This document shows, in pieces, positions 51,908 to 64,000 of a stretch of DNA of 64,000 nucleotides. Made by a program: the position numbers and the translations under genes. Each line of letters begins with the position of its first letter. The stretch's first letter is position 1. The stretch lies in assembly GCF_964204645.1 (NCBI RefSeq), contig NC_134031.1:8494001-8558000 (forward strand), in the 5' to 3' direction. Below the pieces are notes generated by a model. That model was not told the DNA's origin. It made no database searches and saw only the letters and a program-made list of their open reading frames with translations. The DNA comes from Tubulanus polymorphus (taxonomy: Eukaryota; Animalia; Nemertea).

Positions 51908-53767
51908 CTAAATCAAAGATGTTATGTTTCAATTCTATGAACAATAGGAATGCTTGGCTGTGAGACGATTAGACAAATTAACTATCATCCCACCCTTAAG
52001 GCTGGCTTGAGGCTGATTAGCGGGATATGAGATCCTCCCAGTTGCTTCCCTGCTTTTGTCCGGTTCCGCTTACTGGCAACTGCACTGGATCACATGGTCA
52101 TGAGCATTTTGAGGATAGATTTAAATTATTTTGAATTGCGAAATATATTTCCAGTTGAAAAGCAGTTTCGTTAAGACTTTTATCTTTCTGATTCTGTTTT
52201 GAATACAATGTGTAAGCGACATCATATAAAGATGGCCGCTCACTACGTAATTCTACCAATTTCGTTTCTAGATCTTTAGTCCAGTCAACTGCAATGCTGG
52301 ACGTTTGGTTTGCGTTTGAAACTACTTGAAATTACCGGTAAATATTTGTGACATGATACAAATGACACTAATGTAACAATCAAAATTTGTACTATGAACA
52401 TTCGGTCTCTAATTGGCTGGTATTCCTGCGCTCAGTTCCATCGCGTCAAGTCAGGAGAGGGAGGTTGTCATACATATAGGATAACATATATACCGGTACC
52501 CATCCTTTATATGGGCTAAGCATAAAGTCAAATTATGGCTCCTCACCGAAATTTGATGATGATGATTAGGCCTATATATCCAATCATAGAACTCATCATG
52601 AGCTACAATTTTGCAAAGTGGTGACAATTTTGCAATTGTGGTAAAAATATGCCTAGGTAACTTGACTAAAATTGAACCGATATGCATTAGGCTATTCCTC
52701 AGGCATTGATATTCACAGGGCTCTGCCCCAAATGACATCCAAGTCAAGTCACGGGGCCGTATATTTTGGTGCAGCTGAAAAGTAGCGATACTTAAAATAA
52801 TATATATAGATGATGATAAATATTTCAGTTAGATATATCATAATAGCATAGGCTATATGGTATCTATAGTTAGTCTGAATACCGGTGGTCGTTTCACGAA
52901 CGCCAGTTAACTTCGAATTCGAAGGTGATAATTAAAAATTCCTCGAATTAGGCATAGATCATTTGATGATTAAATCTGTTTCACTAACGCAAATTAGCGA
53001 AAAATTAACCAATTCAAATTATCTCAGATAATTCTGAATTAGTTGCCCATAATGCATTAGTCCTATAACATGAACAAGGTTTCATTCATATCGTAGGATT
53101 TTTTGGTTGTACAATGAATTGTATAATTGATCGTTCCGTATTTTCTTTGCAATTCTTTCTCCAATGAGATTTTCAATAGGCCCTAAATCTAAAAATGTGT
53201 AGGTGATATATGATAAATATCTTAATTTGCATTTTTGAAATGGGCATCGAAAATTAACCTAAAAATTTTTATTCGAATTGGGCAACTAACCCAAATTAGA
53301 GGCTTAATCCCTGTATGTAAAACCGGGCCCAGGGAGTTAGGGTTAGTTTAAGGGTGCGTTTTACACTTAGAGAGATGAAAGGGTTAGGGTAGGGTTGAGA
53401 TACGATACGTTGAATGCTATATGAATTGAAAACTTACAGCCAGATTGCAAGAACGTATTTTATATTTATATTTAGAGGATATATACACTGGTCCGGGTTC
53501 GAATCCCGCTCTATTTTCTCTAAATCTGTTCAAATTTTCTTGAATTTTCAAAGTTTTGCATTTGCGCAGCATCAATTAGGCAATCAAAACAAGTCATTGG
53601 AAAAATGACATAGTCTAATAATAAGAAAGGCAGCCAATATTTTGCCAATGCGGTATTATTCCTCTTAACACTATTTTGCCAATGGCGCGTTCTGAATGAC
53701 TAATTGCGGCTGCATAGGAAAGTTTGGAGAACAGAGTTAGCCTAGACAAAATAAGAGCATAGACTAG

Positions 53768-53851
53768 AGTGGGATTCGAACCCGGACCACCAGATTACTG
53801 GCCTAACGTCTTTCCACTAGAGTAGACCACTGGGCTCACTGACAACTACCC
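53768..53851 (-). mobile_element. tRNA-derived SINE head
   Basis: The minus strand reads ..AGTGG..GGTCCGGGTTCGAATCCCAC (B box); related fragments at ~53488 and ~54250; no complete cloverleaf. Confidence 0.55.
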
Positions 53852-54046
53852 GTAATTTTTCACTACAGCCTCACCTTTACCAAAACTCTATGGGTAATAA
53901 CGGACACTTAAGTGGCTAAACCTCACCCTAACCGGCGCGATTTTATTGTTACATTTCATAGCCATTGGGCATTGGCAAAATAGCATATCGCTGTGGCTAC
54001 TCGTACGGATTACTCTGGAGGCTATTCATACGGAACTAGGATCTGT

Positions 54047-54151
54047 TTCACCAAGAATCTTAGTGTCTGATGTACCACAGGATTGGTTACACTAGGATCG
54101 TAGAGCGACGGAGATCACTGGTGGAGACAACCACTGCCAGTGCTGGGTGAA
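54047..54151 (+). mobile_element. 105-bp micro-transposon (TTCACC..GGTGAA family)
   Basis: Perfect 8-bp TSD GGATCTGT (54039-54046, 54152-54159). Confidence 0.9.
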
Positions 54152-54281
54152 GGATCTGTATCCTAATAACTGTCGCTGATTGGCCGATAAACGCCCGCCA
54201 TTCAAGGAAAGTGTGGAGAATATAGTTAGAGAACAATAGAGTGGATCAAGCGAGACTCGAACCTGGGCCAGTAAATAACTA

Positions 54282-54823
54282 ATGTCTATTTATTAATGGA
54301 TGAGACCTGTTTTTCTGGGATATTTTGCTTACTTTTTGGGATACATACCTCATTTATGTCTTAACAGAATGCCAAAAGTCGCGGACAACAACTGAATATC
54401 CGATATATTTCCAGTTCTGTACAAATTAGATGGATTGGCAAAAAGACTCCTTAAGTCCAGTTGAATGAGAGAGAAAATCCTCCATTTTGTGAAATTTCTT
54501 GAATTTTTACATTGTCACCATGCCTACAAAATGAAGTTATTTTTCTTGTGGGGTTTCAACAACTTAATCAGGGTGGCGTAGGCATGGTAACAATGTTCAA
54601 ATCTAAGAAATTTCACAAAATGGAGGATTTTCTCTCTCATTCAACTGGACTTAAGGAGTCTTTTTGCCAATCCATGTAATCGGTACAGAACTGGAATAAT
54701 ATCGGATATTCAGTTGTTGTCCGCGATTTTTGGCATTCTGTTAAGACATAAATGAGGTATGTACTCCAAAAAGTAAGCAAAATATCCCAGAAAAACAGGT
54801 CTCATCCATTAATAAATAGACAT
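54282..54823. mobile_element. Near-perfect palindromic MITE (~250-bp arms)
   Basis: TA-ATGTCTATTTATTAATGGATGAGACCTG... and its inverse ending GACAT-TA; interrupts a SINE-like fragment. Confidence 0.9.
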
Positions 54824-55237
54824 TAGCACAGCATCATACCACTGAGCTCACTGACAGTCAGCCGAATGTTTTGACTAGCCTGACCGTACGAATAATTCCA
54901 CAGTAATCCGTACGGGTGCGTACGAATAGCCTACGGAATTATTCATACAGGTACGAATAGCCTACGGAATTATTCGTACGTGTCTGTACGAATAGCCACT
55001 TGGTTTACTAAAATAATGCTGCATTATTGGCAAAATATCCACTTCCATTCTTTAAAGCCTTCAAAATGGGCTTTATATATACTTACGACATCTACTATTG
55101 AAAAGCTCCATTGAATTCTGGCTTTCTGCGGACTTTTTAGAGAACACTACTACAGTTTGAAATGTTCTGCTTCACACTTAACCGATTGAATAACGCTGTT
55201 CATATAACAAGACTGCCCATAATTAGCAAGACCACGA

Positions 55238-55864
55238 TTCACCAAGAATCTTAGTGTCTGATGTACCACAGACACTAAGATGCGAACGACATTTTCTCGA
55301 TACTTTTAGATCACTGCAGCTTTAAACCACCAGAAATCCGGTTTCACTAAACCGATTGTGAAAAATAAACTATCGTTACAAACCTCATACATTAAGTTTT
55401 CTTATTATTATATTCATTCGGAGGTTCCTTCATCATAGTCTGTGCTTGATGCGATATAAATACAGAAATAGCAAAAATGACACCATTTTTTCACTTTGAA
55501 ACTAGGCATTGTAACACTGTAGTTCGTTAGCAACAAGACAACTTGAGCGGTGCGTGTCTCGTCGCTAAACAGCGCATCATTTTTGTATCTTAAATTTAAT
55601 CGTACTAAAATCAGATTTATCGTCAAAATGATATAATGAACTAACGTAAGACATCATAAAGGTTAGTGTAGATAGTTTATTCATCAAAATCGGTTGTTTA
55701 TTTGCTGAGATATCGCAGTTTGAACACGGACAAAAAAGCCGACCAAATTCTGGTCGGCAACTGTACAGCGAATTTGAATGCACGCGTCTGGGTGGTTGGT
55801 TACACTAGGATCGTAGAGCGACGGAGATCACTGGTGGAGACAACCGCTGCCAGTGCTGGGTGAA
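55238..55864 (+). mobile_element. 627-bp longer member of the TTCACC..GGTGAA family
   Basis: Same 5' ~34 bp and 3' ~68 bp as the 105-bp copy; perfect 8-bp TSD GACCACGA (55230-55237, 55865-55872). Confidence 0.9.
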
Positions 55865-56352
55865 GACCACGAGTGTATTTTGAAGGCCTCTTAGAAAATG
55901 CCCAAGCAGTAGAACCTAAGAACATCATATTGTATGTTGAAAACTGAAAAAAACTGTTAAATCGCTGAGTCGAAACTTGTCGAAAAAGTTATTCCAACTT
56001 GGCGCAAGTATCCGTGGCGCCTCCTACTATTGCCAACGTTTCAGTATAGGATGTTGTTTGCATTTTGATTCTTACTCTGGCATGCACTTCCGCCGATAAT
56101 TCTTACTTGGCACGATATTCCAGCCGATATTCCCACTTGGCGCATAACATCGGCATCAATGCGGTGACTCCCCAACATCCTTTCTCGCACGCTTCGACTT
56201 AAAAAACTACAAAAATTGTTCGTTCTGTCAACAGAAATAGGTAAATATCACTTTAAAAACAGGTTAGGCCTACCCCATTTAGTTAAGTTCATTACATTAG
56301 GCCTATTTTACACCCACAAGTCCACCGGGGCTCGTATGAGTGAGTGTAATAA

Positions 56353-58966
56353 ATGTCTATTTCAACCTGACTTTTGAGCAGTCAGGAACACTTTCCAAAA
56401 ACGGCTTATTCTGCCAATTTCGGCATTTTCCGCCAATTACGGCAGAATCAGCCGTTTATGGATCACTCAGTTTTGAAACTTTCACAGTCGTTTATGGCTT
56501 AATCAGCCAGTTTCAGCTCACTAAGTTTCGAGTTTTGCTTTAAAGTTTTTTGCGCACTTCCGGTTCAATTAGCGCATGTTGCCGATGACGTCATAATCTC
56601 GAGCAGAAGATAAGCTTTCATATGACGCTAGGATGGAAATTTTTGAGCTAGGTAAAGTGGTCAAATTTACGTTTTTTCTAAATGATTACGTCATATGAAG
56701 CCCAAAAACTCCGGGAAAACTCTCAAAACTACTACAGCATGAAACAAGTTTATTAATCATGATTTTTGTTAAAAATAAATTTGGGAACTAGTTTTAAAAA
56801 CTATTATAAAGTTTTCAAGTAAACGTTGCCATGGGTACACATAAAAACATTCGCCATTTCTGGCGTATTCCGCCGTTTTTGGCGTAGTTAGTTTTATAAT
56901 CATAAACTATTAAGCCATTATTGGCAGTCCACTTGTTATATATGAGGATTCCCCCACCCACTTAGACGTTTTCCCTAGTGTCTACACGGTACCTTTTTTT
57001 GGAATAAAATAATTAATTTGCTGAGGTGAACGGATGTGTAAATATTATATGGTAAAAATAAAAATAAAATTATTATAATTATCATTCTCATAAGACAAAT
57101 CAATCATGGATGTATAAACTAGTGTATCAAAAATCTAGTTTTAAGTTTTGCCCATGGTCTTATCTTGCCTAATAAAGCATAGAATGGTTGAGGGATATAT
57201 TGGACTGCATATGATGTTGGTTAATTGAAGGTAATTAACATCTTCGATACCTCCAAGCTAATTGATGGATTCTTGTGATGGATAGTGATTGAATGAATTG
57301 GTGGCCGATGACGTTACAACTCAAAATCGATACAGCTGTATCTAGACTCATTTCAAAATACAACAAACATTTTCGAAACAATTTGGGATACATGTATGTA
57401 TATATTTATTTCATAGAATACAGGTATACAGAAAGAACAGAATTCAAATACATTTGCCATCGGAAACCCATACATTAATATTTAATTCTTTCTTGAAGCC
57501 TGGCACGGATCAATGAGATTAATTTTTCGGCGCAAATATACAAATGTATGCCAGCAGAAAAGCGATGATGTCATAATAGGGACTCCCATCGAACTAAGCA
57601 TTATAAATAGCACCTGTAAAACTGTCTAAGCTAAAAACGCCGTTTCTGGCGATGTAGTTTTAAAAACTGTAACAGCTGAAAACGGCGGAAATGGCGGTTT
57701 TTTAAAAACAAGCCAAAAATGGCTGAAAACGCCGATTTCGGCTAAATTGGCTGAAGCAGTTTAAAACTGAGTAATCCATAAATGGCTGATTCTGCCGTTA
57801 TTGGCGGAAAACGCCGAAATTGGCAGAATAAGCCGTTTTTGGAAAGTGTTCCTGACTGTTGAGAGCATTCCGGATGGCCTAGCTCTCTCATTTTTGATAG
57901 TTCATACCTGATAAAGGTCTTAATAGGACCAGAAAGGACTGGCAGTCGACCTAAATCATAATTTTTTAATCCTTATTAAACTGTATTGAAGGATATGCAA
58001 AAAGTCTTCACTGAAAGGGATTAAATGAAGAGAAGTGACTCCATGATTTGAAAGTTTAACCACAGGCACTTGAATGGGCTTTGATAATGGATAAATATTT
58101 AATATTTCACCAGCGATACGTTGTTCCTACTTCGATAATCCGCCACGTTTTATAATATTTCACCCATGATGTAATGCGCGCCCGTCGTTTAACTATACCA
58201 TACAGAAAGGCTGGAAACGATCCTATCTCCGTAATGCTTAAATCTACCCGCAATTATCGGGACAGCCGAACACTGCCGATGATTGCCGAAATATGCCCTT
58301 AGTGTCAATTTTAATCCTGAAATATAAGGAGCGCCCATAATTTCAATTGTAGATGATTTTTTTGGAAACATTGACACTGTTTTAGTTCCATTAAAGATTT
58401 TAACTGGCAACAAAATTTATTTTTGAAAATTCGCGATGCCTCTTCGGGATTGCTGTGACGTCATCTGTCCCGATATTTGCGGTTAGATTTAAGCATTACG
58501 GAGATAGGAGCGTTTCCAGCCTTTCTGTATGGTATAGTTAAACGAGGGATGCGCATTGGATCATGGGTAAAACAGTTGCATCATGGATAATTAAGATGGC
58601 AACCCCATTGGTGTTTTTATCGTAGATTACGATAAATTTTATCATTTTTAACACACCAACAAGGTCAAAGCCCATATTCAAGTGCCTGTGGTTTAACAAT
58701 ATATCTCCATGCCTACCAACTGAAGTTTGGTACGTAGGCATGGAAACATATTGTTAAACTTTCAAATCATCTCTATTTCTTTAATTTAACCCCTTTCAGT
58801 GAAGACTTTTTGCATATCGTTCAATACAGTTTCAAATGGATTAAAAAATGATGATTTAGACTGCCAGTCCTTTCTGGTCCTATTAAGACCTTTATCAGGT
58901 ATGTACTACCAAAACTGACTGAGCTAGGCCACCCTGAATGCTCTCAAGTCAGGTTGAAATGGACAT
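56353..58966. mobile_element. Long-TIR foldback element with nested insertions
   Basis: ATGTCTATTTCAACCTGACTT / AAGTCAGGTTGAAATGGACAT ends; arm 57859-58060 is inverted at ~58752-58947; inner palindrome ~58160-58570. Confidence 0.85.
56379..57858. mobile_element. CAG..CTG TIR element inserted in the left TIR of 56353-58966
   Basis: ~95-bp TIR CAGTCAGGAACACTTTCCAAAAACGGCTTATTCTGCC; apparent 5-bp duplication TTGAG. Confidence 0.85.
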
Positions 58967-60114
58967 TAGTCTGAATACCAGTCGTTGTTACGGTTCCCTA
59001 CAATGTCTGACGCTTATAAGTATCATATAGAGGTTAACTCCTGCTAATTGCAATGCAACAACTGATTTTAGTGTCAAATCAAACCTTTGTACTAAAATAA
59101 ATTAATTAGTTACCTTGTTGACTTTGAAAACGTGTTTTATAATAATATTTTTGATGATTTAAATCGCGAACCTGAGAATTTATTGATTTGATTTGAATTG
59201 AATTGATTGTCACAATCGGGATTTCCAATACGGACTAAATTAATAAAATGTGAAAATTCAAAATGTCTCTCTAAAATTACTCTAAATGTTAATTTTTGTT
59301 GATAAAACGCATATATTTTGGTCAATTTTAACCTTAAGAATTTGAAACAAGAATAATATCTGCATTGACATCAATGTCAGTCCAAGTTCAAGTCCGAATC
59401 CGTAATTTACACTTTCCTCATGCACAAAAGCCGCCATATTTGTTATGTTGCTCACTTCAACTATTTTTTGAGGCGACTAGTCAAAAGTTTTGAGCTACCA
59501 CAATCGTCAAAAGCTACTTAGGATTACAAATTTATGCACAAACAATAGTTAACTCCCGTCTGATTACAGAACAGTCAGTTTGAGGTAAGTTGATGGTGTT
59601 TTAAGGGGTGAAATAGACGCTCAAAGCCTCGTCCCTCATTTTACCTTATATGAGCACTTTCGCCCTAGACGTTGTTTGAGGAACAACGGCTAGACGTTGT
59701 TTGAGGAACAACGGCTAGATACTAGACTAGTATGAGTGCAAATTCAAATTATATTTTATTGTGCGAATTTTCTGAGGAATATATTCGCGACAGTTTTGGT
59801 AGTTTAAAATACAATCCTTTTGATAAGATCCACGTCGAATACAACTTCAATGATCTAACGCAACGGGATTAACTAAAGTCTATTTATTTTTGATTTTCCA
59901 TTGTCTGAATACCAGTCGTTGGTGCCTGTTCCCTACTACACTAGGGATTTCAGGTCACGTGATCAAAATGGGTTATAATTAACGTTTTCCACGCTTCAAA
60001 TTTTCAATCGCTTATAAAAACATAGCCTATATTCTATATCCGATTAAAGCAAAACTCCTATTCAATTTACCGGTTATTTGTTGTGGTGTAAATTTCATGA
60101 GTGTATCTTGCATA

Positions 60115-60584
60115 GTTACGGAGCAATAAGTCGTAGTTCAGCGCGCGTCAGCGGTCATCCTTATTACCGAGATCAACCGAGATGAAATGAAATATAACAT
60201 ATTTATTTATTCCTTATCGATTTTAACACTTGAAATCATATTATATCAGTAATAAATGCCTGCTGGAGTCATATTTTATATATTTTGTCGGATATTTTTG
60301 TAGAAAAATAACTTAACTTTACCGAGATGAGATCGTCGATCAATCAAATTCAATGAAATTTTATTGCTAACCGAGATTACGTATTTGAAGTCAAATTTTT
60401 TTTACAAAATATCCGGGAAAATATGACTAGAAGGTATTTATTACTGATAGGCCTATAATATGATTTCAAGTGTTAAAATCGATAAGGAATATATAAATTT
60501 GTTATATTTCATGTCATCTCGGTTTATCTCGGTAATAAGGATGACCGCTGACGCGCGCTGAACTACGACTTATTGCTCCGTAAC
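60115..60584. mobile_element. Palindromic MITE, TA TSD
   Basis: TA-GTTACGGAGCAATAAGTCGTAGTTCAGCGCGCGTCAGCGG... inverted to ...CCGTAAC-TA, arms ~200 bp. Confidence 0.9.
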
Positions 60585-61847
60585 TAACACCGGTGGAAAT
60601 AGCTCATCAATCATGGCGCACATACTGGCGGGAATCTGAAAGTTTGTGACATCATTTCATAAATAAATAAAGAAGGAAGGCTCCGAGAATATCCAAATCA
60701 CAGGTTGCCGTGAATAACTGGGGTTCGACCATTCACAAGTTAAAAATGTACTTCCTTGTTTGTGAAGGAAGTTTATTCATACTGTTATTAAAAGCAGTTC
60801 CTTTTAAACAACCTATAATACGTAGTATAGTTTTGTTTGTGGATATCAATACTTCGAAAAATCAACAGCGGTTTATTTATTTATTGTACCGGTACGCGTT
60901 TTCTTAATTGAATGGAATTGGTGCGGTCCAAAAGGCGGGTCATACTAGTAAGCGTCAGAAAATGTCAGCGTCTGTGATACCTTGTTATCGTCGATATTAA
61001 ACGGTCTAAAGTCAGTTTATACATCACATACATTACAAATTGGAGGTCCCTTGTACATGTAGCCTACATCACATCGTGACGTAGCGGCGATTGTAATGTC
61101 ATAGAATAACAAAGTCAGTTGAAAATACCTACCCACTGCACTGATAAAGAATGATTGCTAGCCAGAGACCAATGACAGTCAGAAATGGGGAGTGATGGTA
61201 CCGTGATCGCATCCCTGAACGACATTTTATCCAGAAAGGCAGAAACCTGTTATCACTGCTTGCAGCTATATTTATTATTATGATTATTATTTTTTCCACA
61301 CTTTTTTTGTCAAAAGTACATAGGCTTTTTTACATTACCGCTGTTGCCGATACAATCCGTCTGATATCATTCAGCTCACTTCGATCTACAAATACTCGTA
61401 TTTTGAAGAATCAACGTTACAAAAGCACTGTCGGGCCGTAAACATCAAAAATTGAGCCCCATTCAAAGAGCCGACATGTTTTTCTAAGTCGTCTTTCCGA
61501 AATCTACCGCACGTTTCTTGTCACGTCGGTTATCAATTCAAGCATAAATTAACAAATTTATTACCCAAACATTGCACATTCCGTCGCGGTTTTTAAAAAA
61601 CTAATTTTAACAATAGCCCATTTTCCTCATCAAATCATATTACCGATACACAGGAAATTTACTACTGTAGATTTTAAAAGCACTGTCGAGCCGTAAACAT
61701 CTACGAATCGACGTGTGTCACTACATCGTCGTTCCGGGGATAGGCTGCGAGTTTCTCCTCATCATGATAATCAAATCGAGTACAAATTAATTTATTACTA
61801 CCAGTGATTTGGCTGCGGGCTTCAAGCAGTTAGTTTAACAATACCTA

Positions 61848-63125
61848 TTTTTTAGCCCACTTGGGACTTTAGTCCCAGCGGGCTATTGCGTTCACTTTTC
61901 GTCCGTCCGTTCGTCCGTCCGTCGTAGCGTCCGTCCGTAGACGGAATCCAGTTATTTTAGGAAGTTTTGAAGACGCTTCAAGGTAATGTCTTGATATTTG
62001 GGTTACACATGTATCTACCCTAGACACATCTTCAGCCCAAAAACTGGCCCTGTCAGATTCAAGATGGCCGATGGCCATTGTTGTTTGCCAAAATCTGCAC
62101 TTTTTACACATTTTTGAACTTTTTGAGGGAAATTTTGAAGACAATTTGATCAATTACCTTGATCTTTCGGATATATGTGATTTCCCCCAGGGCCCATCAG
62201 CAAAACAAAAATTGGGTCGATCGGACTCAAGATGGCCGTCCTATGACCTTTTTAGTGCCCAAAAATGTTAATTTTGGCCCAAATTCTGAGTCCTTTAGCT
62301 TCCTACAGGTTTATCATTTCTCATTACAATTTGTGATGGGTATTCTTTGGAAAGGGATGTTTTATACCTGAGACAGGTATTTTTCATCAGCCAATTATGA
62401 CGCAATTGGCGGCCATCTTGGTGTCAGCAGTACTCATTCGTAAGTGGGAAAAAGTTTTTCCACATTATATTGATACCTAAGCCTATTTTGTTACCACAAT
62501 CATTTAGAAAGTTGTAGCTCATAACGTGTTCTATGATTGTGGTGAGTTTCAAGGTCATTGGTTTTTGTATATGGCCACCAGGGGGCGTTGAATAATGCAA
62601 TATCTTAGTATTTCTATATTATATTCGTATCAATGCATATTTTGTAACCACAATCAATTGCAAAGTTGTAGCTCATGACATCATCTATGATTGTGGCAAG
62701 TTTTAAGGCCATTAGTTATTCTATATGGTCACCAGGGGGCGTTGAATAGTAGAATAACTAAGTATTTCCTTATTATATTGGTACCTAGGCATATTTTGTT
62801 ACCATGATCAATTACAAAGTTATAGTTCGTGACATGTTCTATGATTGTGGCGAGTTTCAAGGTCATTGGGTTTTGAATATGGTCACCAGGGGGCGTTGAA
62901 TAGTAGAATAACTTAGTATTTCCATATTAAAGTGGTAACGAGGCATATTTTGTTATCACAATCAATTACAAAATCGTAGTTGCTGAGATGTTCTATGATT
63001 GTGGTGAGTTTCAAGGTCATTGGATTCTGTATATGGTCACCAGGGGGGTTGAATATTAAAATTGTTAGATTGTTGAGCATTTCGAACCACTTCCCAAGTG
63101 GGCATGGTGTCCCTGGACCCCTAGT
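61848..63125 (+). mobile_element. HINE/pearl (Helentron-associated)-like non-autonomous element with a 154-bp internal tandem array
   Basis: 5' T-run, AGCCCACTTGGGAC..GTCCCAGCGGGCT hairpin, (GTCC)n microsatellite, four 154-bp units, 3' CCCAAGTGGGC sub-TIR plus short stem. Fragments of the family at ~16455-16946, ~36810-36835, ~41230-41460, ~45360-45660 and ~51434-51468. Confidence 0.8.
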
Positions 63126-64000
63126 CTTCACCAAATTAACCGTGTATTTACTAAGATAAATCATTAGTGTACCAGGGAGTCGTAGGCCTAAACTAAACGC
63201 GCCGAAGAGATAGTGCGGAGAAAAGCTGTTGTGTCGACAAGTATCAAAATCAAAAGAATATATATTACTTTATTCGGCTGCTGGCTTCAACCTCTATATC
63301 AATACCATCAATACTCTATATTTCCTACAGCACATACCGATCATTGTCAAATGCACAAGGTATTTACTAAATACAAGTATATAACACACTCCTATCCGTA
63401 TGCTGGACTCGCACTTGACATTCGGAGTAAGCGTTCGCTGTGGGGGGTAAGGAGATCGTTTGCTGTCTAGGCCTACGACCAATTTGTCCGGATCTTTTGA
63501 TCTTGAAATAGGGATTGTCCCTGTTATTTATTTGGTTGGTAAATTTTGTTTGATTTTCTGATTGAGTGTCCCTTACAGACCCACCACACCTGCCGGGAGC
63601 AAAACAGGGGGTTTGATTTTGAAATCGGAAATCGAAGTACAGAAATAGTTGTGTGATCGGCGGTCGAGTTTACATATTTTTTTGTTGTTGTTTAAATCGA
63701 AGTACATGATTGGGAAATTCGGTTCCGGTTCATTCAAACAATCTTCCAACCAGTCTGAACCGGCAAGCGGCTGATTGGGGTGAATTTTTCTGGCTGCCTA
63801 ATTTAATACATTTGTCCGGATGTTAGGCCTACGCATATACATAGGCTAGTAGCCTCGACTAGGTTAAAGCTAAGTTCACTGTAGAGGAGGAATCAGATTT
63901 ATTAAAATGCACGTTAACTAGAGATTAACTGGTTGTGACTGTGGTAATCGCAATTATCAATTTTATTGCCAAAAATGAAGATTTTTTTGAAAATTTCGTC

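Noticed and set aside
36400-52900. TIRs/TSD delimiting the integrase gene as a complete transposon
   Set aside because: No convincing inverted TGT..ACA pair was found by eye, so mobile versus domesticated status is unresolved.
59667-59720. 25-bp partly palindromic repeat x2 (CTAGACGTTGTTTGAGGAACAACGG)
   Set aside because: Simple tandem duplication without a spacer; not CRISPR.

Overview
Repeat-dense, AT-rich animal genomic DNA, probably from a bilaterian invertebrate (inferred from the spliceosomal introns, the GPCR type and the TE types). The only intact conventional gene is a single-exon-CDS rhodopsin-class, FMRFamide-receptor-like GPCR (5972-7093), which has a decayed tandem copy (14645-15570). 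Two candidate novel systems stand out. (1) Three related Polinton/Maverick-like remnants (~1000-4393, 8990-12648, ~16947-20478). The middle copy has AG..CT ends and a perfect 6-bp TSD. Every preserved end is itself a long hairpin whose stem covaries between copies. The elements carry a pPolB N-terminal fragment, a giant-virus-type HNH nuclease and a protein with Rep_trans (rolling-circle nickase)-like motifs. (2) A ~15-kb minus-strand gene with many small exons (36977-51907), almost invisible in the ORF track. Manual splicing gives a USP/C19 deubiquitinase domain, tandem 42-nt exons, a KRBA2/SCAND3/GingerRoot-type DDE integrase with a CXC motif, a PHD finger and a further C-terminal domain; it carries a few inactivating lesions. 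Also present: an interrupted DIRS retrotransposon, a Penelope 3' fragment with a minimal hammerhead, a LINE RT fragment, a truncated kinase, HINE/pearl-like repeats with arrayed CTCF-like motifs, a 103-105 bp micro-transposon with its 627-bp relative, and many palindromic or nested MITEs. All protein family calls come from motif recognition by eye, not database searches.
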